Shown here in pieces: positions 10,029-21,200 of a DNA stretch of 42,879 nucleotides. Both the position numbers and the translations under genes were made by a program. The notes beneath the pieces were generated by a model. That model saw only the letters and a list, made by a program, of their open reading frames with translations. It was not told the DNA's origin and made no database searches. The stretch's first letter is position 1; the number at the start of each line of letters is the position of its first letter. This stretch comes from Acidobacterium sp. (GTDB lineage Bacteria > Acidobacteriota > Terriglobia > Terriglobales > Acidobacteriaceae): the NCBI GenBank assembly GCA_003152595.1, contig PMAM01000345.1:1-42879 (forward strand), given 5' to 3'.

Positions 10029-11627
10029 TTATTTAGACTCGTCGATTACTTCGATCGCAGAGACAGTCGCATAATTCACGATCGGATCAAAGGTCAGGTT
10101 GATCTTTCCTTCCACCGAAGGATGCAGATTGAGAAACGTTTTCGTAATGGCATGTAAACTGCCCGCTTCTTTGTAGATGTCAAAGTTATCGAGCAACATT
10201 GTGCCGTCGGAATAGGCGCGAAAGACACGCTTTCCGGCACCTCCGGACTCAGGACTGTCCGCGCCCCAATAGAGTTCGGCGAAATGGAGCACCACTGTGT
10301 AGCGCCCGCTGGGATCCACGGGAATCGAGTAAGTGAAATGGCCGTAGCGCTCCTGCGAGTACAGCTCTGGATCTGAAGTGCCACTAATTTGCTCCGGGGG
10401 GTCCGAGAGAATTCCATTCTCGAAGTAATTATCCGGATGCCAGACGTCTCCGTGGTGATCCGTAACCGCGGAAGCCTGTGTAACCAGGCGAATGGGGAGT
10501 TGCCGGTGCGGCACACCCGGCAGGATTTCGATCGCGTTCACATAAGGCGTCGACCGGTCCGTTCCAAACTTCAGATGGAGATAACCGTCTTTGTCGGGAT
10601 AGATGTCTTTGAATACCTTCTCATCAGCAACATTCGTTCCAAGGGCATCCGCGCTGATGTTGAATGCACCCAGCAGCGTGCGGCCGTTGGCCTGTACGTA
10701 GAAGAACTGGGTTTTAAAATCGTCGGGCAGCATGGCGACGAAGAACAGGTGCAACTCGTAGGGGCCAGCCGGCAGGGGAACATCGTAGGTGAAATCACCC
10801 GTTCACCAATGCTCGAACAGCATTGGATCGCTGGTGCGCAAAATCGGACTCTGTGGTCGTGCGAAAGCTGTGCCTCCGGAAAAATAACGATCTGCCTGCC
10901 AGTAAGCACCGGCGCTGTCGATTCTTGGAGAGCCATCGTATCCGCAAAGCAATCGCAGAGGAACCTGAGCTGCACCGGCGGGAGTCGACGCTTGGCTCCG
11001 CTCCCGCGAGTTGGAGTTTGCAATTCTGGTTGAAGGGGTGGATCGGTTGCGAACGAAGTAGCCGACCGCGCCCACTGCAAGAACAGCAAGCATGGCCACG
11101 GCAACGGCGTACCCGAGTCTTCGTTTGGGAAAGGAAGAAGGTAGTTGTGGTGGGGCTGCTTCCGCAGTTCCGGATTCCTGCTCGCCCGGGATTGCCGCAC
11201 TCTTTTCTAAGTCGGTGGCGTACCGTTCGCTGGAATCGCGAAATACGAGCGAAGACAGGGTGGTTGTGGCGTCGGGATCAGCCGCCGGCCGCTTGCTGAA
11301 GTCCGGGACGTAGCTTCACAGCGGAATCGTGATCTGGAGATTGTGGAACCTTCCTTCGGACTCGTAGTATTCCCTGAGTCTCTTTCTCAGCCGGTGAACC
11401 TCGACCCGGGCGATGGAATCCGTTGCGCAATCGAAAGAGTTCCTGGAACGCCCAAAGACCTCAGTTGCAATGTTGTATTCAGTAATCTCGTCGATTCGTC
11501 CCTCAAGATACCGATCGCCAAGAAACTGCAGGAGCCTGGCCAGCCGTGGAATCCGAGAGAGAGCCTCCACGATGAGCGCCAACTCTTCGCGTTCTGAAGC
11601 CGCCGACTGAAAGGTGGGGACCTGCAC
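10029..11627 (-). pseudogene. CadC-like winged-HTH / TM / tandem malectin-domain protein interrupted by two in-frame TGA codons
   Basis: One continuous frame of 533 codons read from 11627 down to 10029. It contains the wHTH domain (ARVEVHRLRKRLREYYESEG...ITIPL), TGA at 11316-11318, then SYVPDFSKRP..., a TM helix (AVAMLAVLAVGAVGYFV) and malectin repeat 1 (...DPMLFEHW). A second TGA follows at 10803-10805, then TGDFTYDVPLPAGPYELHLFF..., malectin repeat 2 and a TAA stop. I translated the 11315-11100 linker by hand and found no other stops or frameshifts. Confidence 0.7.
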
Positions 11628-12264
11628 TGTAATCCGGCTCCGATGCGTACGAATTCATCCTACAGCCATATTGCAGGACAGAAAAGGGCCGCTGTGCAGC
11701 GCCGTGCGGCGCTTTGTAACAAAGCCATTAACTCGTTTAAGTTCTTGAATGTACGTTTTTGTGTCGAAGAGAGAGCGCGCATACAACCGAACTGGCGCGA
11801 GAGAAGCGTCTGCCACCGGAGCTGATGCGCGATCCAGCTCATTCAGCTGATCCTCGAGGCCCTTCAGGCAGGGCCAGAAACCTCGTTGCCTCAGGAAAAA
11901 CAGGACTTGAGGCCGATTAGCAGGATCCAGTCGGAGCTCGTGAAGCCTCAGGCCAGCCTTTCTTTGCGGGAGCGCTCGTTGACATTTCTCGCTTCGCTGA
12001 TTTAGCTTTTGGGCAACTCAGGTATCGTTAACTGAATCGCTCACCGATGCAGAAGAAAATCAGCCCACGAAGAAGTGGCATTTCGCGAAAGTCCACGCGC
12101 CGAACGAGAAAGGGGCTGCCTGCAAGTTGAATATTCGGCACCGTCCGTGAACATCCGGCCCGCGGGTCCCTGCCAGAATTCCCAGGAGCTGTTTCGGGGA
12201 GTTCCGCGGCAGAGTATCCGTATCCTCACAGCTTCGATTCCCCGATTCCTGCCTGGAGAGAGTA

Positions 12265-14946
12265 ATGATGAGTAGTGCATTTCGCTTTGTGGCTAACTTT
12301 GCCGCTTGGACAGGAACATTCGCCTGCCTGGTCTTTGTGTCTTGCGGAAACGCGCAGGAAACTTCCACGCCGCCCTATCTGAACACTGCCCTTCCGGCCG
12401 AGACGCGGGCCAGGGATCTGGTCAGCCGTATGACGCTGGAAGAGAAAGCCTCGCAGCTGGTCAACCAGGCCCGCGCCGTTCCCAGACTCAATATCCCCGC
12501 CTACGACTGGTGGAGCGAGGCGCTGCACGGCGTGATTAACGATGGCGTGACAGAATTTCCAGAGCCGATCGGACTGGCGGCCACCTTCGACGCGCCGGCC
12601 ATTCACCAGATGGCCGGGGTCATCGGCATCGAGGGTCGCATCAAGCATGAACAGGCGGTGCGCGAAAAACGCGCAAACCTGTTTTTCCAGGGGCTCGATT
12701 TCTGGGCGCCGAATATCAATATCTTCCGCGATCCGCGCTGGGGTCGCGGCCAGGAGACCTACGGCGAAGACCCGTTCCTGACGGGGAAGATGGGTGTTGC
12801 CTTTGTGACCGGCATGCAGGGCGATGATCCGAAATATTATCGCGCTATCGCGACGCCCAAACATTTCGCCGTCCACAGCGGACCTGAATCCACTCGCCAT
12901 ACAGCGGACGTCATCGTGAGCAAGCACGATGAGCTCGATACTTACCTGCCGGCGTTTCGCGCCGCAGTCACCGAGGGTAAAGCCGGCTCTGTTATGTGTG
13001 CTTACAACGACATCAATGGCGAGCCAGCCTGCGCCAACAATTTTCTGCTTGACGATCAGCTTCGCGGTAAGTGGGGCTTCAGCGGTTATGTGGTTTCCGA
13101 CTGCGGTGCAGTGGTGGATATTTATCGTAACCACCACTTCAGGCCTTCGCAGGCGGAGGCATCGGCTATCAGCCTGCACCGGGGTATGGACAATGAATGC
13201 GCCGACGGCCCTTATCTGGTCAGAGACAATTCTGACTACAAAGCCTATCTCGACGCCGCTAAACAGGGATACCTCAAAGAAAGTGACATGGACACCGCCC
13301 TGGTGCGCCTTTACACAGCTCGCATGCGTCTGGGGATGTTCGATCCTCGGGAACTGGATCCTTACTCGAAAATCGACGAACGCGAACTAAGCAGCCCGGC
13401 GCATCGCGAACTCGCCCTTCGAATTGCAAACGAATCCATGGTGCTGCTGAAGAATGACGGCGTTCTGCCGCTCAGGACGAGCGGTATGAAAATTGCTGTC
13501 GTCGGCCCCCTTGCCAGTCAGCCAAAGGTCCTTCTGGGCAATTACAACGGATCTCCGACCTATACCGTTTCTGTCCTCGACGGCATTCTCAGGGAATTTT
13601 CAGGGGATACCGTCACCTATGTGCAAGGCACGCAGTTTCTCGCGCATGATGCGGATCCCGTTTCAGCGTCGGCACTGACGGTGGATGGCAAACCGGGCCT
13701 CAGGGTGAGCTTCTCGAAGCTCGACATGAGCAACATCAACAACCCCGAGCTCATGAAACCCGTCGCGACGGCCATGGCGACAACCATCGATGCCTCGAGC
13801 CTTAAATTGCCGCCGGAAACCGCGAACGTGCATCCCCTTGTAATTCTTTATGACGGCTCGATCACGGCGCCGGAAACGGGAGATTACAACCTGGGGCTGA
13901 AGGCCAGGGGTTTCTTCCGGATTCAGGTCGACGGAAAGAACGTTACCAACTCCTTCGACGCGGATCCCAGCGTCGCCCGGGTTGGTCGCGTTCATCTTGA
14001 GGCCGGCAAGCCGGCGATGCTGCACGTGGACTACTCGCCTCGCGAGAACAGCGAGCCCGACGCAGTGCTGGTATGGTCCAAAGTGGATTTGAGTCCAGGC
14101 CCCGAGGCCGTTGAGGCGGCAAAGAACGCCGATGTTGTGGTTGCAGTTCTGGGCATCACGAGCGAGCTGGAAGGTGAAGAGATGCAGGTGAGTGAGCCGG
14201 GCTTCAAAGGTGGGGATCGCACCAGCCTCGATCTGCCGAAGCCGGAAGAAGATCTGCTGAAGGCCATAACGGCAACGGGCAAACCGGTCGTGCTCGTCCT
14301 GACTAACGGCAGTGCGCTGGCCGTTAACTGGGCGAACGACCACGTTAATGCCATCGTCGATGCCTGGTATCCTGGGGAAGAGGGCGGTACCGCGGTCGCC
14401 GAAACTCTCTCCGGCAGGAATAATCCGGCGGGGCGCCTCCCGGTGACTTTCTACAAAAGCGTCGATCAGTTGCCACCTTTCGAGGATTATTCGATGGCTG
14501 GCCGGACTTATCGATATTTCAAAGAAACACCGCTCTATCCCTTCGGCTATGGCCTGAGCTATACCAAATTTTCCTATAGCGACCTGCGGTTGCCATCGTC
14601 TCCGGTCGCGGCCGGTCAGCCGATGGAAGCCGAAGTGACCATAACCAACAACGGCGATCGCGCCGGTGACGAAGTTGCTCAGCTCTATCTGAGCTTTCCG
14701 GATACGCCAGGAGCACCTATCCGGGCGCTCCGTGGTTTCCACCGTGTACATCTTGATCCGGGGCAGTCGGAGCACGTGCAGTTTGAACTGACCGCCCGCG
14801 ACCTAAGCATGGTTACGGCGGCTGGCGAGATCGTTATTCCTCAGGGCACTTATTCAGTAGCGGCCGGGGGAGGGCAGCCTGATACCGGTGCTCCGGTGGT
14901 CACGGGAACTTTCAGGGTGCAGGGCACGACGACTCTTCCCGAATGA
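12265..14946 (+). CDS. Secreted glycoside hydrolase family 3 (beta-glucosidase/xylosidase type) with PA14-like insert
   Basis: 893-aa ORF with a signal peptide. GH3 motifs include KHFAVHSGPE and GYVVSDCGAV (nucleophile Asp region). There is a PA14-like insertion (GLRVSFSKL...GDYNLGLKARGFFRIQVDGKNV) and a C-terminal Fn3-like domain (YGLSYTKFSYSDL). Confidence 0.9.
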   Translation: MMSSAFRFVANFAAWTGTFACLVFVSCGNAQETSTPPYLNTALPAETRARDLVSRMTLEEKASQLVNQARAVPRLNIPAYDWWSEALHGVINDGVTEFPEPIGLAATFDAPAIHQMAGVIGIEGRIKHEQAVREKRANLFFQGLDFWAPNINIFRDPRWGRGQETYGEDPFLTGKMGVAFVTGMQGDDPKYYRAIATPKHFAVHSGPESTRHTADVIVSKHDELDTYLPAFRAAVTEGKAGSVMCAYNDINGEPACANNFLLDDQLRGKWGFSGYVVSDCGAVVDIYRNHHFRPSQAEASAISLHRGMDNECADGPYLVRDNSDYKAYLDAAKQGYLKESDMDTALVRLYTARMRLGMFDPRELDPYSKIDERELSSPAHRELALRIANESMVLLKNDGVLPLRTSGMKIAVVGPLASQPKVLLGNYNGSPTYTVSVLDGILREFSGDTVTYVQGTQFLAHDADPVSASALTVDGKPGLRVSFSKLDMSNINNPELMKPVATAMATTIDASSLKLPPETANVHPLVILYDGSITAPETGDYNLGLKARGFFRIQVDGKNVTNSFDADPSVARVGRVHLEAGKPAMLHVDYSPRENSEPDAVLVWSKVDLSPGPEAVEAAKNADVVVAVLGITSELEGEEMQVSEPGFKGGDRTSLDLPKPEEDLLKAITATGKPVVLVLTNGSALAVNWANDHVNAIVDAWYPGEEGGTAVAETLSGRNNPAGRLPVTFYKSVDQLPPFEDYSMAGRTYRYFKETPLYPFGYGLSYTKFSYSDLRLPSSPVAAGQPMEAEVTITNNGDRAGDEVAQLYLSFPDTPGAPIRALRGFHRVHLDPGQSEHVQFELTARDLSMVTAAGEIVIPQGTYSVAAGGGQPDTGAPVVTGTFRVQGTTTLPE

Positions 14947-15044
14947 CGCTTCGCAGGCGCGTGCCGAGCTCAACGTGGATCGGCGAATCCGCACGTCATG
15001 CCCGGGGCGAGCGATTCAATGCCTGCCAGAGAAAATGAGGCGAG

Positions 15045-17963
15045 ATGAGCAGGAAAATGACACGGCGGGCCCTGCTGCGGGATATCGGAGCAGCAGGCGC
15101 GACCACACTTCTGGCAGCCGGCTCGGGCAAGGTGGATCTCTCTGCGGAGGCGCTGACCACGGCGTCGCAAAGCGGGCAACCGTCGCCTCATGCGCCTGGG
15201 CAGCAGGTGCACGGGCATGAACATACGCCGGCCCGGCCGAACGTTTCCCCAGGCCCGCCGCGTGCGGAAGACCTGGCGATGCTCACTGCCGGGCGGATGG
15301 TTGTGGCATTTGATCGAAGGTACGGCACAGTCTTCTCGATAACGAGGGACGGTGACCCGCTGGCCACGAACTTCGTCGGAAATCAGCTCAACACTCCCGG
15401 AGTGGATCTGTTCAACTCGCGGTTTACCGGTGATCTTGTGACATGCGTGTGGGATGTTACGGATACCAATCCGGCGCATCGCCGCTGGACGCCACGTTCA
15501 AACTTCGTCCTGAAAGGAAACTGGAGGAGGGAAGTTACAGGAAGGTCCGGAGATATCCGCCGGGTAGATGTCGACGGGACAACATTCTCTGTCGGCTACG
15601 ATGGCGTTTCCCGGAACGACGAGGGAATACGCAGCTTTAGTCTCGCGATGAAGTACTCAGCTGAAGATGGCGGCGGGTTGCTGTGGGATTGTGAACTTAC
15701 GAACAGGACAGATCAGGTTCTCGAACTGGGCGAGCTTGGGTTTCCGCTTACGGTGAATGACGATCAGGGCGAATACTATGTCGATCCGAAGACCGGTCTG
15801 CCGTTTCCACCCGATGAGACTGAGGCACCGCTGCGAGATCCGTCCGATTCCTTCGCTGTCATTCGGGAACAATACCCTCGAATTGAGAAGCTATACCACG
15901 AGAAAAAGGTACTTGCTCATCACTATATAGGGGGACACAGCTCGTATATTCTGATGGAGCGGCCGCTGGGCGATGCGCCGTACCTTCTTCTTCATGCTAC
16001 CCGGGGCGGGGCATTTGAGTGCGTCTATCGTGACGACAGCTCCTTTGGTAAGCAGGTGTACTGGTGGGACGGGCCGAACATCCTGGCCATCCATTCGTGG
16101 GCGACGAAGAACCTGCGAGGGTGGGATAAGAACCCCTGGATTAACGGACATACCTCCCTCGTGCTGGAGCCGGGGGAGAAATGGTCCTGTCAGTTGCGTT
16201 TCGTGTTTGTAGACAGCTATGACGCGATTCGAGAGGAGCTTTACAAGGCAGGCAACCTCGGGATCAGGATTCTGCCCTCGATGGTGATCCAGGAAAACGA
16301 TAATGCTTATGTCGAGCTCCACACGCGATCGGATGTGGACAAGATTGATTATCTTTCAGATAACATTACGCTGAAAGAGAAGAAGCGCATCGAGGATAAG
16401 ACTCTGCTGACGTTGTCTTTTCGAGGCCGAGGTCAAAAGAGTCTGAAGCTTCACTATGACGGTCGCTGGACGAACATTCACTTTTTCTGTATCGAGGACA
16501 TAGCCGAGCTGTTGAAGATCCGGGGCCAATTTCTTGTGGATCGGGAATTCTACGAGAATCCGCAGGATCCTTACCATCGGAATCACATGTTCCTCCCGTT
16601 CGACCACCGCACAGGCAGCACGTTTCTCGATTCGGACGAGGTATCGGAGGTGGGCGGAAGCGACGCCGAATTCGGCTTCTCTGAGCCTCTGTTTCTGGCT
16701 GAGAAGAATGTCTGCTATCCGGCGCAGAAAGAAGTTGCGGCTCTCGAAACCTACATTCATGATTGTCTCTTTCTGTATATCCAGAATCCTGATACCTATG
16801 CGGTCAGGGCGTCCCTTTACTGGAAGCTGAGATATCCATCGAGCCCATGGAGCCACTGGACTGTGGACCGGGCTGAGGCTACGTATCGGGCGTACAACTA
16901 CGCTCACGTAATGAATATTTATTACGCCATGTACCGCGTGGGGAAGCGCTATGGATTGTTGACGCGCAGGACCCCGGAAGACTACTTAAGGATGGCTTAT
17001 CGAACGGCCCTCTGCATGTTCCAGACGGAACCCTGGGGACACGTAGGGGTAATGGGCGGATCGGGCGCCCTTTTGGTTCTCGATGACATGGCTCGCGAAG
17101 GCTGGCAGGAGGAGCACAGTAAGCTCCTCGATGAGGTACAGAAGTGCAACCAGGTGTTTCTCGACGATCCCTATCCTTACGCTTCGGAATATTCAGCGGA
17201 CACGACAGCCCAGGAGCAGGTCTACTTTTTCACGCGATATTTCGGCAACGCCGAGAAAAACCGTAAGACGGTGCAGGTGATGAAAGCGCTGCGCGGGGGA
17301 AATCAGCCCGTGTGGTTCCAGTGCGGCAATGACAACAAGGGCGATCTGACCTGCTGGTACACCGAATCGACCAATGGCTGGGCACTGCTGCAGGCATTTC
17401 AGGATAACGGAGACATGGATACATTCATCAAAGGCTACTCCGGCCTGATGAGTGTCGAAGTCGACCTGCTCTCAGACGGGATGTGCTTTGCGCATTTCAT
17501 CTCCACTCCGGGGGTCTTCGACTTTACTCCTCCAAGAACGCTGGATGGAGGGATCGCCCAGTTTGGCTTTCTGAAGGCAGCCAGCTCCTGGGTCCTGGAG
17601 GACGAATCCTTTGGCCTGATCGGTTGCGGCTGTCAAGTTGAGTCCTCAACGAAGGAAATCGTCGTCTGCCCTCGGGATGGACTCAGGAAACGGTTGAGGT
17701 TCGTTCCGCAGAAGATCAATATCGAGGCAATGCAGGGAGAACTCGATAAGGTCGTCATGCGCGATTCCGGCGACTCGGTGGAGTTGCACATGAGCGACTC
17801 GACTGGTGTTGTGAAAACGGCCGAGCTGCTGGTCGAAGGTCTGGCCGGAGGCGCTTATGCAGTTCGCTACGGGGCGGTGCAGAACCGAGTGCTGATTGCC
17901 GATTCTTTGACTCTTTCCATTCCCATCGCCGAAGCAAAATTCGTCAGGATCGAAAGAGTGTAG
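15045..17963 (+). CDS. Tat-exported 972-aa protein of unknown function in glycan-utilisation locus
   Basis: Twin-arginine signal MSRKMTRRALLRDIGAAGATTLLAAGSG. Long intact ORF between the GH3 and TBDR genes. No family recognised by eye. Confidence 0.6.
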   Translation: MSRKMTRRALLRDIGAAGATTLLAAGSGKVDLSAEALTTASQSGQPSPHAPGQQVHGHEHTPARPNVSPGPPRAEDLAMLTAGRMVVAFDRRYGTVFSITRDGDPLATNFVGNQLNTPGVDLFNSRFTGDLVTCVWDVTDTNPAHRRWTPRSNFVLKGNWRREVTGRSGDIRRVDVDGTTFSVGYDGVSRNDEGIRSFSLAMKYSAEDGGGLLWDCELTNRTDQVLELGELGFPLTVNDDQGEYYVDPKTGLPFPPDETEAPLRDPSDSFAVIREQYPRIEKLYHEKKVLAHHYIGGHSSYILMERPLGDAPYLLLHATRGGAFECVYRDDSSFGKQVYWWDGPNILAIHSWATKNLRGWDKNPWINGHTSLVLEPGEKWSCQLRFVFVDSYDAIREELYKAGNLGIRILPSMVIQENDNAYVELHTRSDVDKIDYLSDNITLKEKKRIEDKTLLTLSFRGRGQKSLKLHYDGRWTNIHFFCIEDIAELLKIRGQFLVDREFYENPQDPYHRNHMFLPFDHRTGSTFLDSDEVSEVGGSDAEFGFSEPLFLAEKNVCYPAQKEVAALETYIHDCLFLYIQNPDTYAVRASLYWKLRYPSSPWSHWTVDRAEATYRAYNYAHVMNIYYAMYRVGKRYGLLTRRTPEDYLRMAYRTALCMFQTEPWGHVGVMGGSGALLVLDDMAREGWQEEHSKLLDEVQKCNQVFLDDPYPYASEYSADTTAQEQVYFFTRYFGNAEKNRKTVQVMKALRGGNQPVWFQCGNDNKGDLTCWYTESTNGWALLQAFQDNGDMDTFIKGYSGLMSVEVDLLSDGMCFAHFISTPGVFDFTPPRTLDGGIAQFGFLKAASSWVLEDESFGLIGCGCQVESSTKEIVVCPRDGLRKRLRFVPQKINIEAMQGELDKVVMRDSGDSVELHMSDSTGVVKTAELLVEGLAGGAYAVRYGAVQNRVLIADSLTLSIPIAEAKFVRIERV

Positions 17964-17980
17964 GTCGGGTTCGGCCCGAC
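17964..17980 (+). terminator. Small stem-loop just after the stop codon
   Basis: GTCGGG-TTCGG-CCCGAC (6-bp GC-rich stem) immediately after the stop at 17963. No U-run. Confidence 0.25.
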
Positions 17981-18114
17981 GCATGCGCCGCCAGCCATTT
18001 CGGGTTCAGTTGGCCGGTCAACCGCGCACCAGTCCCTCTTCGCAATTTCCGATCCTCGCTAAAACGTTAAATCACTGCGGGTTTTTGGCTGGTCACAAAT
18101 TTAGGGGATGACGC

Positions 18115-18144
18115 TTGACAACTCCTGCTGTGCATGCGTATTAT
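18115..18144 (+). promoter_or_regulatory. Sigma-70-type promoter candidate for the TBDR operon
   Basis: -35 TTGACA (18115-18120), 18-nt spacer, -10 TATTAT (18139-18144). It lies about 125 nt upstream of the TBDR start codon. Confidence 0.5.
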
Positions 18145-18148
18145 GCGG

Positions 18149-18162
18149 TAACGTTAACGTTA
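18149..18162. promoter_or_regulatory. Perfect 14-bp palindrome TAACGTTAACGTTA (operator candidate)
   Basis: A self-complementary 14-mer starts 5 nt after the -10 hexamer. Related AACGTTAA (18063-18070) and CGTTAA (18170-18175) copies lie nearby. Confidence 0.45.
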
Positions 18163-18269
18163 AAGTAGTCGTTAAACAATACAAGTCGGAATGCCGTTGC
18201 AGTCCGCGATTCAGGCTGGCGAACCGGGACCAGCCAATCGTCGCGCAACTTTTCACAGGAGGACAATTT

Positions 18270-21200
18270 ATGGGCGGGTCACTCAGAAAGTCCTGGAATC
18301 GGCGCTGGCATCTCGCGGTGCCTTTGGTAGTTTTGAGTCTTGCGGGATGGGCAACTCCGACCGCCATAGCCCAGTTGGCAACCGCCACCGTCAACGGCGT
18401 CGTCAAGGATCCGTCCGGCGCGGCAATCCCCAATGCGCGGGTTGAAATCACAAACGTCAACACCGCAGTCGTAAGGACCACGACGACAAACAGCGACGGA
18501 GCTTACGAGTTCCCGAGCGTCGTGCCGGGTGTCTATACCATGCAGGCGTCGGCCACTGGTTTCAGCACTACATCACAACCGGCGATCACGCTGGAAGTGA
18601 GCCAGACGGCAACGCTCGATTTTCAGCTCAAGGTCGGTACCACGACGCAGAACATTACGGTGAACGCCGCAGAGGGGGCAGCGCTGGAGACTGCAACGTC
18701 GGAACTCGGTACGGTCGTCTCGACCAGGGAAGTCACTGACCTGCCGTTGAACGGCCGCAACTTCACGCAGTTGCTGACCATCACGGCGGGGGTCGCCAAC
18801 CTCAATGTCGACCAGAACTCGGGTGGGGGCGGTAACTGGGCCGGTAACTCGATCGGAAGTTATAGCTATCCGGCGGTGAACGGCGCGCGCAACCGCAGCA
18901 ACTTCTTCATGCTGGACGGGGCCAACGACCTGGACACGATCGAGTCGAAGTACAACTACGCGCCGATCGTGGACGCCATTCAGGAATTCAAAACCCAGGG
19001 CCACAACGACCTTGCCGAGTACGGAGCGGCTGCCGGCGGCATCGTCAGCGTGGTCACCAAGTCCGGGACCAATCAGTTCCACGGCGCTTTGTGGGAATTT
19101 CTGCGCAATTCGGCAATGGATTCGCGGGGGTATTTCGAATCGAGCCTGCCGCCGCTGCGGCAAAACCAATACGGTGCTTCTGTCGGTGGTCCGATCTCGA
19201 TTCCGAAGGTGTATGACGGCAAGAATAAAACCTTCTTCTACGCAGCCTGGGAAGGCTACAGATACCGTTCCGCGAACGAGACCGGAGTCCTGGGGCCAAC
19301 GGATGCGGAGCGCGGTGGGGATTTCAGTGCGTTGTGCGTCAATGGATTCACGAACGGCGTTTGTAACGACCGAGATTCCAGTGGGAACATCGAACATCAG
19401 CTCTACGATCCCACTACAACAACTTTGACCGGTGGCGCGTACACGCGCAGCCCGTTCGCGGGCAACATCATTCCCCAGAACGAGATCAATCCGATCTCGG
19501 CGCTGTTCCAGGGCCTCATCCCGCACGCCGGCCCCTTGGTAAAGGGGGCCAACATCTACTCGTCCGGACCACAACAGACCAACCAGGATTCAGGAACAGT
19601 CCGCGGCGATCAGAATTTCGGCAACAATAACCAGCTCATGTTTCGCTACAGCCAATTCGACCAGAAAGAGGCGAATGCGGCGGACATCATTGGCCTGAAC
19701 AATACCCATGTTCTCGGCCATAACTACATTGGGCACTGGACCCATACGTTTAGCCCGACCGCGTTCTCGGACGTTTACTTCGGCAGAAACTACGGAGACG
19801 TTGTTACCGGCACTGGGTTCCAGAGCGAAACTCCGGCCTTTCTCGATCAGCTAAAGAGCCTGGGGATGTCATCGTACTGGATGACTCTGAATAACACTAC
19901 CTACGCGCCGCAATGGGGTGTGGACAACTATATCTCGCTGACCGGTTCACAGCTCCAGGAGACGGGGCTGGCGGATAACTGGCAGTTCGGCGGCTCATTC
20001 TCCAAAATTTTGGGCAGACACACCATCAAAGCCGGCGGCGATTTCGAGACCAATAACTTCCGTTCGCCGATCGCCTACTCCAGTGCGTCTTTCGGAACCG
20101 CGCAGACCGCTGGACTGGGGGCTCAGCAGGGCGACGGCGGAGACGCCTGGGCATCGATGCTGGTGGGTGTTGCCCGCGAGGCCAGCTATCGTAATATCCT
20201 CGAGGTGAATCATGGCGGCTGGATCGATGGCGTGTTCGCGCAGGATCAGATCAAGGCGACCAGCCGTCTCACCGTCAATCTCGGCTTCCGCAACGATATG
20301 GTGTGGACGCCGATTTACGGGACCGGGAACGGCGGCAACTATTACACCGGCAATGCCAATCCAGTCACCGGTCAATACGAGCTCAACGCGCTTCCGCCGA
20401 ACTGCTCGGCAACGCAGGGCGCGCCCTGCATTCCGAATGGCGTCTACACGTCATCGAGCACGCCCGGTACGGGCCAGCTTCCCGCCCACGCCTACGTCGA
20501 TCCAAATTCTGATCACCGTGTGATCCAGAACTCGCTGCATGACTGGGCCGGGCGTGTCGGCCTGGACTTCCGCCTCACCGACAAGATGGTCGTCCGTGGA
20601 AGCTACACACGCTTTTACGACGCGTGGGCCACTGTGGTCCAGCTCTCGCAGAATTTCGGCGGGAACTGGCCGGCGGTCGCCACCATCGATAATGCCGGTC
20701 TGAATTCCAATACGCTAACTGCCCCAGTCAACGATCCGCTGCATTTCGGCAGCGGGGGAGCGCTGGTTTATCCCATCAACGACTTCAGCCAGGTCAGCCA
20801 GTGGATGGTGGACCCCAACTTCAGAACACCATATATGGACCAGTGGAACGTCGGCATTGAGCGGGAACTGCCGGAGAATACCGTGCTCGACGCGAACTAT
20901 GTGGGCTCGGTGGGCAGGCACCTGGACTGGGGTCCGGCCATGAATGTGCCCCAACCGGGTCCGGGCGATATTCAATCGCGGCGGCCCTACCCCTATATGA
21001 TGGAGCAATGGTTCGACCAGAGCGTGGGTGACAGCCGCTACAACGCCCTGCAGGTCACCGTCAACAAGCGGACCAGCCATGGCGTCACTTTCCTGGTCGC
21101 CTACACGCTGTCCCATTCCGACGACGATGGCTGCGGGCTGGGCTACTCGGTTTGTCACTCCACCAACCCCTACAACCGCAAGGGCGATTATGGGACGTCG

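Noticed and set aside
10803-11318. Selenocysteine or genome-wide UGA reassignment as an explanation for the two in-frame TGA codons.
   Set aside because: No SECIS-like hairpin is evident just 3' of either TGA, and the positions are structural (Gly- and Arg-equivalent) rather than redox sites. Several conserved genes in the window also end in TGA at their expected C-termini.
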